From NCBI GenBank assembly GCA_043811375.1, contig JBDRNJ010000006.1, positions 1 through 64,000 of the forward strand: a stretch of DNA of 64,000 bases, given 5' to 3'. Under the pieces are notes generated by a model. That model made no database searches. It was not told where the DNA came from and was given only the letters and a program-made list of their open reading frames with translations. Below are positions 1 through 10,164 of this stretch, one piece after another. Origin of the DNA: a bacterium (GTDB taxonomy: Bacteria; Zixibacteria; MSB-5A5; GN15; FEB-12). A program made the translations under genes and the position numbers. Within the stretch, counting starts at the first letter, position 1. Every line of letters starts with the position of its first letter.

Positions 1-139
1 GATGGTGATGCCCGGTGACAATGTAGCGTTGACGATAGAATTGATCACGCCGATCGCGATGGAGAAGGAGTTGCGTTTTGCCATTCGCGAGGGTGGCCGC
101 ACCGTCGGCGCCGGCGTTATTGCTGAAATATTCGAGTAG
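1..139 (+). CDS. tuf: Elongation factor Tu, 3' end of first copy (truncated by window start)
   Basis: Translates [45 protein letters not shown]; identical to 18590-18728. Confidence 0.97.
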   Translation, partial: MVMPGDNVALTIELITPIAMEKELRFAIREGGRTVGAGVIAEIFE

Positions 140-172
140 AACCCAAAACTGTAGATACTGACGGGTTAGAAG

Positions 173-325
173 ATGCCACGAGATAGGATAGTACTGGCCT
201 GCGGCGAATGTAAACGGCGCAACTACGACACCAGTAAGAACAAACGAGAGCACCCGGAGCGGGTCGAGTACCGCAAGTACTGCCGCTTCTGCAATAAGCA
301 TACTCTGCACAAGGAAACCAGATAA
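173..325 (+). CDS. rpmG: 50S ribosomal protein L33 (Zn-ribbon C+ type), not in ORF track
   Basis: Hand translation [50 protein letters not shown]; canonical position. Confidence 0.96.
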   Translation: MPRDRIVLACGECKRRNYDTSKNKREHPERVEYRKYCRFCNKHTLHKETR

Positions 326-341
326 GGGGTGTCAGCAGGAC

Positions 342-418
342 AGGCCAGTAGCTCCAATCGGTAGAGCGCCGGTCTCCAAAACCGGATGCTGGGGGTTCGA
401 ATCCCTCCTGGCCTGCCA
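342..418 (+). tRNA. tRNA-Trp(CCA)
   Basis: Cloverleaf; anticodon arm CCGGT-CT-CCA-AA-ACCGG; GTTCGAATC T-loop; encoded 3' CCA. Confidence 0.97.
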
Positions 419-439
419 GATACACCGGAAAGTACGGTT

Positions 440-628
440 GTGGAGAAGATTAAGAAATTTCTCAAGGAAGTGAACGCTGAACTGAGGAAGGTGACCTGGC
501 CGACCAAGGACGAATTAGTCGGTTCTACCATTGTTACGGTCGTGGTGTCATTGGTGGTGGCCATCTTTATCGGCATTGTCGATCGCATTCTCACGGCGGT
601 GGTACGAGTGATATTCGGTGGAGGTTGA
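440..628 (+). CDS. secE: Preprotein translocase subunit SecE
   Basis: FLKEVNAELRKVTWPT motif plus one TM helix; GTG start inferred because the longer ORF overlaps the tRNA. Confidence 0.93.
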   Translation: MEKIKKFLKEVNAELRKVTWPTKDELVGSTIVTVVVSLVVAIFIGIVDRILTAVVRVIFGGG

Positions 629-635
629 TCAGCAA

Positions 636-1172
636 ATGGCTTTTAGCTGGTATGTAGTACACACTTATTCCGGTCATGAGCAAAAGGCGCGACGCTACCT
701 GGAGTCGGCCATTGACAATGCCGGGATGGAGGAGAAGTTCGGTGACATCCTGGTACCCACCGAGGAAGTCACTGAGATGAAACAGGGTCGGCGATCAACC
801 AGCACCAAGAAGTTCCTGCCCAGCTATATCCTGGTGCAAATGGATTTGACCAAGGAGACCCAGGAGCTGGTTGTCTCCACTCCCGGCATCACCAATTTCG
901 TGGGTGTCGGTGGCAAGCCCAAGGCACTCAAGGAAGCGGAAGTGGAGCGTATCGTGGGCCAGATTAACCGCAGCCGCACCGAAGAACCAACCGACTTTCC
1001 TTTTCAGGCCGGTGATGCCATTAAGGTCAACGATGGTCCTTTCGCCGATTTTTCGGGCACTGTCAGTGAAGTCAATATTGAGCGGCGGCGGGTTAAGGTG
1101 ATGGTGTCCATTTTTGGTCGCCCCACGCCGGTCCAACTCGATTTTCTTCAGGTTGAACTATTGAAAAAGTAG
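636..1172 (+). CDS. nusG: Transcription termination/antitermination factor NusG
   Basis: WYVVHTYSGHE N-terminus; KOW GPFADFSGTV; SIFGRPTPV. Confidence 0.97.
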   Translation: MAFSWYVVHTYSGHEQKARRYLESAIDNAGMEEKFGDILVPTEEVTEMKQGRRSTSTKKFLPSYILVQMDLTKETQELVVSTPGITNFVGVGGKPKALKEAEVERIVGQINRSRTEEPTDFPFQAGDAIKVNDGPFADFSGTVSEVNIERRRVKVMVSIFGRPTPVQLDFLQVELLKK

Positions 1173-1206
1173 CGCGAGCCGCTGCTGGATTGGAGTATAG
1201 CAAGAC

Positions 1207-1629
1207 GTGGCCAAGAAAGTTGTTGCTGAGATCAAATTGCAGATACCTGCCGGAAAGGCCAATCCGGCTCCCCCGGTGGGGCCGGCCTTGGGACAGCGCG
1301 GTGTCAATATAATGGAGTTCTGTAAGGCTTTTAATGCCCGGACTCAGGACGGCAAAGGTATTCTGACTCCGGTTATTATTACTGTCTTTGCCGACAAGTC
1401 GTTCAGTTTTATTACCAAGACACCACCGGCGTCAACGTTACTTAAGTTGGCGGCCAAGATCAACAAAGGGTCGGGTGTTCCCAACAAGGATAAGGTGGGG
1501 GTAGTTTCCAAACGACAGGTTGAGGAAATTGCCCAATCCAAAATGAAGGATCTCAACGCCGCCTCCGTGGAAGCGGCCATGAAAATAATCGAGGGCACTG
1601 CCCGTTCGATGGGAATAGAAGTACAATAG
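1207..1629 (+). CDS. rplK: 50S ribosomal protein L11
   Basis: [27 protein letters not shown]. Confidence 0.98.
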   Translation: MAKKVVAEIKLQIPAGKANPAPPVGPALGQRGVNIMEFCKAFNARTQDGKGILTPVIITVFADKSFSFITKTPPASTLLKLAAKINKGSGVPNKDKVGVVSKRQVEEIAQSKMKDLNAASVEAAMKIIEGTARSMGIEVQ

Positions 1630-1690
1630 ACACCAGGTAATTCGCTGGCACCTGAAGCAGTATGCTGGCTTTCAGGGAGAATGAGGATTT

Positions 1691-2395
1691 ATGAAGCATT
1701 CCAAAAAACACAAAGAGTACCGTGAGGGTATCGATCGGCAGAAGAGGTATCTGCTGCCTGATGCTATCGAAGTGCTCAAGAACAAGCACTATGTCAAGTT
1801 TGACGAATCGGTGGAAGTTGCCATCCGGCTGGGAGTAAATCCCAAGCACGCCGACCAGATGGTTCGCGGCACGGTGTCATTGCCTAACGGAACCGGTAAG
1901 ACGGTTCGAGTGCTGGCCTTCGTCCAGGGCGACAAGGTCGCGGTGGCCGAAGAGGCCGGCGCGGACTATGTCGGCGCCGAGGAACTGGCTGAGAAAATCC
2001 AGGCCGGGTGGACCGATTTCGATGTGGCCGTGGCCACGCCGGATATGATGCGGGTAGTCGGCAAGTTAGGTAAGATACTGGGTCCCCGTGGTCTGATGCC
2101 CAACCCCAAAACCGGTACGGTCACTCCCGACATAGATCGCGCGATCAAAGAGCTTAAGGGCGGGCGTATTGAGTTTCGGATCGACAAGCAGGCCAATATC
2201 GCCGGTGCGGTTGGGAAGCTCTCATTTGAAGTACAGCAGATTGAGGAAAACGTGATGACTTTCGTTAACGCCATTGTGAAGGCTAAGCCGGCTGCCGCCA
2301 AGGGCGCCTATGTGTTGGGTGTTTCGATCTGTTCCTCAATGAGCCCCGGTATGAAGCTGGACCATCAGGAACTGCTGGCCGCGCTCAAGAAATAG
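1691..2395 (+). CDS. rplA: 50S ribosomal protein L1
   Basis: [23 protein letters not shown]. Confidence 0.98.
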   Translation: MKHSKKHKEYREGIDRQKRYLLPDAIEVLKNKHYVKFDESVEVAIRLGVNPKHADQMVRGTVSLPNGTGKTVRVLAFVQGDKVAVAEEAGADYVGAEELAEKIQAGWTDFDVAVATPDMMRVVGKLGKILGPRGLMPNPKTGTVTPDIDRAIKELKGGRIEFRIDKQANIAGAVGKLSFEVQQIEENVMTFVNAIVKAKPAAAKGAYVLGVSICSSMSPGMKLDHQELLAALKK

Positions 2396-2417
2396 TAATT
2401 TAAGGAGTTCATAAATA

Positions 2418-2945
2418 ATGCCGAACCCACAGAAATTCGATACCGTTGCCGAACTCAAGGGTCTGTTTGACGACTCGGACTCCATTTTTATTACCGATTA
2501 CCAGGGTCTTGATGTTACCCATATGACTGTTCTGCGCAAGAACCTGCGTGAGAGTGAGGTAACATTCCGTGTGGCCAAGAATACGCTGCTGAAACTTGCC
2601 GCCCGTCAAGCCGGCGTGCCGGATGCAGTCGATGAGCACTTCAATGGCCCCACGGCGGTGGCTTTTACCAGCGGCGATGCCTCGGTGGCGGCCAGGATTC
2701 TGCATGATTCCTTCAAGGATCAACAGCTACCTCGAACCAAGATGTTTATGGTCGAGGGCAAGGTTTTTGGCGGCGAGGATATCAAGCGTTTGGCTGAGCT
2801 GCCGTCACGGGACATACTGCTGTCGCATTTGGTTGCTACGGTGGAAGCACCCCTGAGTCACCTGGTAGCAACTTTGGAAGGATTCTATCGGAAGTTGGTT
2901 GGTTCGATAGATGCCCTGGCGGAAAAAAGAAAAAGCGAAGGATAG
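2418..2945 (+). CDS. rplJ: 50S ribosomal protein L10
   Basis: DYQGL, VAKNTL, GPTAVAF motifs; synteny. Confidence 0.96.
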   Translation: MPNPQKFDTVAELKGLFDDSDSIFITDYQGLDVTHMTVLRKNLRESEVTFRVAKNTLLKLAARQAGVPDAVDEHFNGPTAVAFTSGDASVAARILHDSFKDQQLPRTKMFMVEGKVFGGEDIKRLAELPSRDILLSHLVATVEAPLSHLVATLEGFYRKLVGSIDALAEKRKSEG

Positions 2946-3065
2946 TGTTACTACGCCCCAAGGCTGTCCGGCCGATCACCGTTGCACAACGTCAACGGTA
3001 CAGCGATGACGGCTTGGTGTTGATTGTGAAAAAAAACAAAACAATAAATGAGTGAGGAACCCAAA

Positions 3066-3452
3066 GTGGCTAACCCTGCTATTGACGAAATTGTTGACAA
3101 AATATCCGAACTGACAGCGATGGATCTGGCTGATCTTTCCCAGGCCATCCAGGACAAGTTCGGCGTAACCGCTGCGGCACCAATGGCGGCCATGCCCGGC
3201 ATGATGCCCGGAGCTGCCCCGGCGGCCGAGGTCGAGGAACAGACCGAGTTTGACGTCGTTCTGACGGCCATTGGAGATAAGAAAATCCAGGTGATTAAGG
3301 CTGTGCGCGAGTTGACATCTTTGGGCCTCAAGGAAGCCAAGGACCTGGTCGAAAGTGCGCCGGCCAAGGTTAACGAGGGCGTTTCCAAAGAGGATGCCGA
3401 GAAAGCCAAGGCCAAACTCGAAGAATCCGGAGCCCAGGTCGATATCAAGTAG
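3066..3452 (+). CDS. rplL: 50S ribosomal protein L7/L12
   Basis: [38 protein letters not shown] start after GAGGA (ATG at 3048 is an alternative). Confidence 0.97.
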   Translation: MANPAIDEIVDKISELTAMDLADLSQAIQDKFGVTAAAPMAAMPGMMPGAAPAAEVEEQTEFDVVLTAIGDKKIQVIKAVRELTSLGLKEAKDLVESAPAKVNEGVSKEDAEKAKAKLEESGAQVDIK

Positions 3453-3644
3453 GCGGTGGCACTACATCTTTGCCGCCGTCTGTCGAGTAAATCCAACCGG
3501 AACCGGGACACCTTCCAGTCCGGATGATACGACGCCTGCAAACTGGTGTTTGGTATCAGACGTGACGGAAAGGTGATCTCGTTGTTGAAAGTGACTGTGA
3601 ATTTGAATCGTCAGGCGAGTAAAAGTGAGCACAGGTATCTGAAG

Positions 3645-4490
3645 ATGGACCAGGCAACCTTGATGGAAAAGACGATCACGAACCATCTGGTTGAGATGAA
3701 GCTGTACGAGCTTTTTAGCAGCAGTCGCATCAAAGGTACTATTCACCTGTCGCTGGGGCAGGAGGCTCTCGACGTGGGGGTTATCTCGGCCTGCGGCGAT
3801 CGAGTGGTATACGGCAATCACCGCAGTCATGGGCAGTACCTGGCCGCTACGGGTGACGTCAGCGGTTTATTTCGCGAAATCATTCGCGGAATCGGCGGCA
3901 GTCAGCACCTGTACTATCCCGGGAAGTTTATGAGCAACGGGGTGTTGGGCAACATCGTCCCGTTGTCGGTGGGCCACGCTATGGCACTCAAGAAGAAAAA
4001 CATCAAGCGCCGCGTGATCTGTTTTATCGGCGACGGTGCCTTTGGCGAGGGTGTCATCTACGAATCTATGCAACAGGCAGCCTGGTTTACCCTCCCCATC
4101 ACGTTTGTGATTGTAGATAATCGTTTCGGGATGTCGGCAACACAGGGTTTCTCCAACGCCCCCAGAGATGTCGCCGCACTGTTTCGTTTGCCCCGGCTGG
4201 GCGTTACTTCGACCGAGTCAATCGACGTGTTCCAAGTCTATGAGAAGGCGTCCGCCCACTTTGATCAGATCGGGGATGAACCGAGCATGATACACGCCGA
4301 TGTCAAACGCTTATGTGGTCACAGCGCCAACGACACTCAGATGTATCGTCCCCGGGAAGAAAAAAATCAGGAGTACCGGGACGCTTATTGCCCGGTCAAG
4401 TATCTGGAAAAATCAGCACTGCCGGGCTTTTCCGAGGTGTACCGAAAAGTGGAACAAGAAATCGAGAAAGCGGCCAATGAGTACCTTTAG
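3645..4490 (+). CDS. TPP-dependent 2-oxoacid dehydrogenase E1 alpha-like subunit
   Basis: GTIHLSLGQEA, NHRSHG, TPP motif GDGAFGEG...VIVDN, RLCGHS. Confidence 0.9.
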   Translation: MDQATLMEKTITNHLVEMKLYELFSSSRIKGTIHLSLGQEALDVGVISACGDRVVYGNHRSHGQYLAATGDVSGLFREIIRGIGGSQHLYYPGKFMSNGVLGNIVPLSVGHAMALKKKNIKRRVICFIGDGAFGEGVIYESMQQAAWFTLPITFVIVDNRFGMSATQGFSNAPRDVAALFRLPRLGVTSTESIDVFQVYEKASAHFDQIGDEPSMIHADVKRLCGHSANDTQMYRPREEKNQEYRDAYCPVKYLEKSALPGFSEVYRKVEQEIEKAANEYL

Positions 4491-5376
4491 ATCAGAGATC
4501 AATCGGGTACTTAAGGACCGGATGAACGCCGACCCGGAGGTGGTGGTACTCGGGCAGAGCGTTCGTGATCCGTATGGAGGGGCTTTCAAAGTCACTCGCG
4601 GACTGACCCGGTACTTCGACGACCGGATCATCGATTTGCCGATATCGGAAGCGTCCTCTATCGGTCTGGCCGTGGGTATGTCGCTGGAGGGTTACCTGCC
4701 GATTGTGGAAATAATGTTTTCGGATTTCCTGACGCTCTGCGTTGATCAGGTCTATAACGGTATCGTCAAGTTCAACGACATGTATGACCTGAAAGCTAAA
4801 GTCATAATCCGGGCCGCCACCGGCGCCGGCCGAGCCTACGGTTCTACCCACTCACAGAACCTGGAAACCCTCTTTTTAGCTATTCCCCAGGTCGCCGTTT
4901 TTACTCCCGGACTTCATTCGTCGTTCGACCAGATGTATACCGAGGCTTTTGAGCACGTCGGTGCCTCCCTGATTGTGGAGGAAAAGCTGCTTTATGACCA
5001 GGAGATGCGTACCGCCGAGAAAAACGACTTTACCGACAGCGTGCTGGATGTCGCAACTTATGGCTGCTTTGCACATATCGTCCGTGACCTGGCCGACAAG
5101 TACCCTATCAACCCGGTGCTGTTCGATCGCATCAAGCCGCTGCCGGACTTTCACGCCGGCAACCGGACCTGCCTGGTCGTGGAACCGTCGTACTGCGATC
5201 AGACCTTTGCTTCCTGGTTCGCCTGGAAAGCCGGTCGCAAGTATGAACAACTGCATTTTCTGGGTGCCGTACAGCCGACCTTACCGTGCAACCCGGATGA
5301 CGAACAACGGTGTATTGTAACTGCCGAGCGTATTGAGCAGGAAATCAAACGAGTACTGAAGGCCCGGCATGTTTGA
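4477..5376 (+). CDS. TPP-dependent E1 beta / transketolase C-terminal-like subunit
   Basis: YGGAFKVTRGL, DLPISE, PIVEIMFSDF, YGSTHSQ; start MSTF overlaps the alpha stop. Confidence 0.88.
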   Translation: MSTFRSEINRVLKDRMNADPEVVVLGQSVRDPYGGAFKVTRGLTRYFDDRIIDLPISEASSIGLAVGMSLEGYLPIVEIMFSDFLTLCVDQVYNGIVKFNDMYDLKAKVIIRAATGAGRAYGSTHSQNLETLFLAIPQVAVFTPGLHSSFDQMYTEAFEHVGASLIVEEKLLYDQEMRTAEKNDFTDSVLDVATYGCFAHIVRDLADKYPINPVLFDRIKPLPDFHAGNRTCLVVEPSYCDQTFASWFAWKAGRKYEQLHFLGAVQPTLPCNPDDEQRCIVTAERIEQEIKRVLKARHV

Positions 5377-6079
5377 GAAACTGGTTATAATTGGTGCCGG
5401 CCGCGGGGCCGACCTGGTGGTCAGGTATTTCCGGGACGGTGCCGACCGTCAGCCGAGTGAAGGCGACCAGGCTTATGACATCAAAGAGATTGTCGCCATT
5501 CTCGATGACAATCCGAAATGCCAGGGTCGTATGGGTATCCCTTACGGTGGAACGGTTGAGACTCTGGTCACTGATTATGACAACCGGGAGTTCGCCGTTT
5601 GTATTTCAATTTCCACCTATATGGATGCCAGGCGCAGAATCTACGAATGGTGTCGGGAGAAGGGATACACGGTGGTCAATGTGCTGAGATCCAATGTCAG
5701 CCGATGTCAGTCGGTCGGCGACAGCAACCTGATTTTTCCCGATGTACACTTCGGCTTGTATTCGGAAATCGGTAGTAACAATATCATCTCGGCCGGCAGT
5801 ATCGTTACCCACCATAACCGGATCGGTTCCCACAACCTGCTGGGACCGGGCTGTATGCTTTCCGGGTCGGTGACTATCGGTGATGACTGTATTGTCGGTT
5901 CGGGAGTAGTCATAGAAAGAAGAGTGGTGATTGGCTCCAACGTTAAAATAGCCTCAGGCAGCATTATTACCGGTGATATCCCGAACAACTCATTTGTTCG
6001 GGCCGTCGTCAGGCCGAACTGTCTGCAGGTGCACCAGGGAGACCGGCGGGTGTCGCCGGCTCGAACGAAACAAACATAG
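5369..6079 (+). CDS. Hexapeptide-repeat sugar O/N-acyltransferase (NeuD/PglD-like)
   Basis: N-terminal IIGAG..ILDDN Rossmann-like domain then LbH repeats (IGSNNIISAG, IGSHNLLGPG, IGDDCIVGSG). Confidence 0.85.
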   Translation: MFEKLVIIGAGRGADLVVRYFRDGADRQPSEGDQAYDIKEIVAILDDNPKCQGRMGIPYGGTVETLVTDYDNREFAVCISISTYMDARRRIYEWCREKGYTVVNVLRSNVSRCQSVGDSNLIFPDVHFGLYSEIGSNNIISAGSIVTHHNRIGSHNLLGPGCMLSGSVTIGDDCIVGSGVVIERRVVIGSNVKIASGSIITGDIPNNSFVRAVVRPNCLQVHQGDRRVSPARTKQT

Positions 6080-6290
6080 ATAGGTACGGTGCCGCCATCA
6101 TGAAGAGAAGCTCGGCACTTTTGAGTGCTAATAGTCAGCAATTATGCAGCCGGAATCCGGCCGAACGACAGGAGAGACAAGTGTCCCCGATTCCAGGCAG
6201 TGAAAACAGTAAGCGCTGGTGTAACTTCCGCGAGAGTTTTGCTCGACACGGAAGCCACCGCAGTCATCCGTTTTGCAGGAGGGTTCTATC

Positions 6291-9200
6291 TTGACCCGAG
6301 TAGAAATGGTTGAGCGACTGAACTACGGAAAGCTATCCGATGCCATGCAGATGCCTAACTTGCTGGATGTACAACTGGAGTCGTACTACAACTTCCTCCA
6401 GCCCCACATCCAGCCACTAAAGCGTGAATGCAAAGGATTGCATCGGATTTTTCAGGATATCTTTCCGGTATCCGACATCCATCAGAATTACTCCCTGGAG
6501 TATGTGAGTTATCACCTTGGCCCCGCCCGGTATACCATTGACGAGTGCCGCGCCCGCAACATGTCTCACGCGGCTCCTCTGCGGGTAACTATGCGCTTGA
6601 TCAAGCGCCAGGGCGAGGATGACAAGAAGGATGGCAAGAAGGATAACAAAAAGGAAATCAAGAAGGAAATCAAAGACATCATCGAGCAGGATGTCTACAT
6701 GGGCGAATTGCCCATCGTCACTGAGTGGGGTACCTTCATTATCAACGGAGCGGAGCGTGTGATTGTCAGCCAGTTGCATCGCAGCCCCGGAGTTTTCTTT
6801 AATGAAAGCATGCATCCTAACGGCAAGAGACTTTTCTCGGCACGCATTATTCCCTACCGTGGGAGCTGGGTCGAGTTCGGTATGGACATTAATGATATCA
6901 TGTATGTCTACATCGATTCCCGCCGCAAAATGCCGGTGACTATGCTGATTCGGGCGCTGGGATATTCCTCGGATGAAGATATCATCGATTTGTTCTATTC
7001 GGTATCCAAGCTGAATCTGAAGGGTAAGGCGGCTCGTCCGGAGGAGGCTTATCTGGCCCAGACGATTGTTGACCCTGAAACCGGCGAAGTTGTTTATGCC
7101 GTGGGTGAACTGATAACTGATACGGTTGCCGACAAACTGTTGGAACTGGGACACAAGTCAATCAGAATAGTCGAGAAAGGAGCCAATGAGCGCGAAGTCT
7201 GGGTTATCCTGAATACTTTCAAAAAGGATACCACCAAGTCACGCGAGGAGGCACTGGTAAAGATATACTCGTTGGTGCGTCCGGGCGAACCGCCCACGAT
7301 TGAGATGGCGGAAGCTCTGCTGCAGAAGTTCTTCTTCGACAGCAAGCGTTATGATCTGGGCGAAGTGGGACGGTACATGATAAACGAGCGCATGCGTTTG
7401 GATATCCCACTGGACAAGACTACTCTGGATACCAAAGACTTTATCTCCATCATCGGCTACCTGATCGGGCTGTGCAACGACAAGGGATTTACCGACGATA
7501 TCGACCACCTGGGCAATCGTCGCGCTCGCACCGTGGGTGAACTATTGTCCAACCTCTTTTCGGTGGGGCTCTCACGCGTGGCACGCACGATTCGCGAAAG
7601 ACTGTCACTGAAAGACCAGCAGAATGTGACTCCACAGCTTCTGGTTAACGCCCGCACGGTGTCGACCGTGGTGGAGACTTTTTTCGGTTCATCGCAGCTC
7701 TCTCAGTTCATGGATCAAACCAACCCGCTCTCGGAACTGACTCACAAGCGCCGGCTGTCGGCGCTGGGACCGGGTGGATTGACTCGGGAAAGGGCCGGTT
7801 TCGAGGTGCGCGACGTGCATCATACCCATTACGGTCGGATGTGCCCCATCGAAACGCCGGAGGGCCCCAATATCGGCCTGATTACATCTCTGGCTACATT
7901 TGCGCGTATCAACAAGTACGGTTTTTTGGAAACACCTTACCGTAAAGTGAACAAGGGAAAAGTTACCGACGAGATCGTCTACCTTTCGGCCGATCAGGAA
8001 GACAGGCACTTCGTGGCTCAGAGTAATGAACCGATTGATAAAAACAGCAAATTCGTCAACGAATTCATAGTGGCCCGTCGGCGTTCGGAATACCCCCTGA
8101 TCAAGGTTACCGAAGTGGAATACATGGATGTGTCACCGCGCCAGATCGTCTCCGTGGCGGCGTCTCTTATCCCGTTTCTGGAGCATGATGACGCCAACCG
8201 CGCTCTGATGGGGTCGAATATGCAGCGCCAGGCAGTGCCGTTGCTGAGAACACAGGCGCCGCTGGTCGGTACCGGCATGGAGTTTAAGGTAGCTCGTGAC
8301 GCCGGGGCCGTTATCTGTGCCGACACCTCCGGTCGGGTCACCTATGTTGACAGCAACCGGGTAGTCATCAAGCCCAACATCAAAACGCCCCCGGGAAAGC
8401 TCAACTATATCGAAGACGACGAGTACCAGCTTCCCAAACACCGCCGATCCAACCAGGACACCTGCATCAGTTTCAAACCGGTGGTTTCGATTGGGGACCA
8501 GGTCAGTCAGGGCGAAATCATAGCCGATGGCCCCTCGGTCGACCGGGGTGAATTATCACTGGGCTATAACGTTTTGGTGGCTTTTATGCCCTGGCGGGGA
8601 TACAACTTTGAGGACGCCATTATTCTCTCGGAGCGCCTGATACAGAGAGACATTTTTACCTCCATTCATATCGAGGAATTTGAGTTGCAGGTGCGCGACA
8701 CCAAGAGAGGCGCCGAGGAAATCACCCGTGAGATTCCCAACGTCTCCGAGGAAGCCCTGCTGAATCTCGATGAAAACGGCATCGTCCGTGCTGGAGCCGA
8801 TATTGAAGCCGGCGATATACTGGTCGGGAAGATCACTCCCAAGGGCGAAACTGAGTTGTCGCCGGAAGAACGACTGCTGCGTGCCATTTTCGGTGAAAAG
8901 GCTGGCGATGTGCGCGATGCCAGCCTGAAAGCTCCCCCCGGAATGAAGGGTGTGGTGATTAAAACTCAGGTATTTTCCCGCAAGGAGCGCACCGAGGAAG
9001 GCAAGAAACAAGAAAAAACACAGATTGCTGAAACCAAGAGAACCCATCAGGCCATAATCAACACCATCGTAACCCAGCGCAACCAACAACTGGGTGAACT
9101 GCTGGACGGCAAGTCCTCTCAGACGATCCGGTCGGTGATCGACAACTCGGTCGTTATCAGGGCCGGCCACAAGTTCATGAAGGGGTTCTTTGATGATTTC

Positions 9201-10097
9201 GACGTTGACGGCGTGGTGGCGCCCGACGGGTTCTGTACTGACGCCGATACCAGCAAGCATGTCAGTAGTGTTATTGACCAGGCGACGACTTTGATCGATC
9301 ACAAGAAGCAGCAACAAGAAATCGAAATCGACAAGATTGTGCGCGGCGCCGAGTTGTCGCCCGGTGTCAAGCAATTGGTCAAGGTGACCGTAGCCATTCG
9401 CCGCAAAGTTTCCGTTGGTGACAAAATGGCCGGACGACACGGCAACAAAGGCGTGGTCTCCCGGATAGTGCCGGTGGAGGACATGCCCCATCTGGCCGAC
9501 GGTACGCCGGTTGACATCATTCTTAATCCGCTGGGCGTGCCCTCTCGAATGAACGTCGGTCAGATACTGGAAACTCACCTGGGCTGGGCAGCCCATGAAC
9601 TGGGTCTGCGCATAGCCACACCGGTGTTCGAGGGAGCCACGATGGAAGATATCAGGGGTAAGCTTAAAGAAGCCGGTTTGCCCGAAGGCGGCAAAATCAC
9701 GCTCTACGACGGGCTTGCCGGAATGCCTTTTGACAACCCGGTGACAGTCGGTTACATTTACATGCTGAAGCTGTCACACCTGGTCGATGATAAGATCCAT
9801 GCCCGGTCGATTGGTCCCTATTCACTGGTAACTCAGCAGCCATTGGGCGGAAAAGCTCAATTTGGCGGACAGCGATTCGGGGAGATGGAGGTTTGGGCAC
9901 TGGAGGCCTACGGAGCTGCATACACCTTGCAGGAGATGCTGACCGTCAAATCCGATGACGTGACCGGCCGCAGCAAAGTGTACGAAGCAATCGTTAAGGG
10001 TGAGAACCCACCCGAACCGGGTTATCCGGAAGCTTTCAACGTCCTGATAAAGGAGTTGCAGGCGCTTTGTTTGGATATCAAGCTGCTGGAGAAGTAG
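6291..10097 (+). CDS. rpoB: RNA polymerase beta subunit
   Basis: [39 protein letters not shown] start after AGGAGG (ATG at 6306 is an alternative). Confidence 0.99.
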   Translation: MTRVEMVERLNYGKLSDAMQMPNLLDVQLESYYNFLQPHIQPLKRECKGLHRIFQDIFPVSDIHQNYSLEYVSYHLGPARYTIDECRARNMSHAAPLRVTMRLIKRQGEDDKKDGKKDNKKEIKKEIKDIIEQDVYMGELPIVTEWGTFIINGAERVIVSQLHRSPGVFFNESMHPNGKRLFSARIIPYRGSWVEFGMDINDIMYVYIDSRRKMPVTMLIRALGYSSDEDIIDLFYSVSKLNLKGKAARPEEAYLAQTIVDPETGEVVYAVGELITDTVADKLLELGHKSIRIVEKGANEREVWVILNTFKKDTTKSREEALVKIYSLVRPGEPPTIEMAEALLQKFFFDSKRYDLGEVGRYMINERMRLDIPLDKTTLDTKDFISIIGYLIGLCNDKGFTDDIDHLGNRRARTVGELLSNLFSVGLSRVARTIRERLSLKDQQNVTPQLLVNARTVSTVVETFFGSSQLSQFMDQTNPLSELTHKRRLSALGPGGLTRERAGFEVRDVHHTHYGRMCPIETPEGPNIGLITSLATFARINKYGFLETPYRKVNKGKVTDEIVYLSADQEDRHFVAQSNEPIDKNSKFVNEFIVARRRSEYPLIKVTEVEYMDVSPRQIVSVAASLIPFLEHDDANRALMGSNMQRQAVPLLRTQAPLVGTGMEFKVARDAGAVICADTSGRVTYVDSNRVVIKPNIKTPPGKLNYIEDDEYQLPKHRRSNQDTCISFKPVVSIGDQVSQGEIIADGPSVDRGELSLGYNVLVAFMPWRGYNFEDAIILSERLIQRDIFTSIHIEEFELQVRDTKRGAEEITREIPNVSEEALLNLDENGIVRAGADIEAGDILVGKITPKGETELSPEERLLRAIFGEKAGDVRDASLKAPPGMKGVVIKTQVFSRKERTEEGKKQEKTQIAETKRTHQAIINTIVTQRNQQLGELLDGKSSQTIRSVIDNSVVIRAGHKFMKGFFDDFDVDGVVAPDGFCTDADTSKHVSSVIDQATTLIDHKKQQQEIEIDKIVRGAELSPGVKQLVKVTVAIRRKVSVGDKMAGRHGNKGVVSRIVPVEDMPHLADGTPVDIILNPLGVPSRMNVGQILETHLGWAAHELGLRIATPVFEGATMEDIRGKLKEAGLPEGGKITLYDGLAGMPFDNPVTVGYIYMLKLSHLVDDKIHARSIGPYSLVTQQPLGGKAQFGGQRFGEMEVWALEAYGAAYTLQEMLTVKSDDVTGRSKVYEAIVKGENPPEPGYPEAFNVLIKELQALCLDIKLLEK

Positions 10098-10164
10098 TCG
10101 TGAGGCAGGAGAACACAATGCTGTTGGCTCAGAGCCACAGAGGTTGGAGATAAAGGAGCAGACT

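Noticed and set aside
6105..6131. CIRCE-like element (GAGTGCTAA half-site) upstream of rpoB
   Set aside because: The left half at 9-nt spacing (GAGAAGCTC) does not match TTAGCACTC; only a small GCACT/AGTGC hairpin is present.
7670..7780. Possible rifampicin-resistance changes in RpoB cluster I
   Set aside because: [25 protein letters not shown] has the susceptible-type residues.
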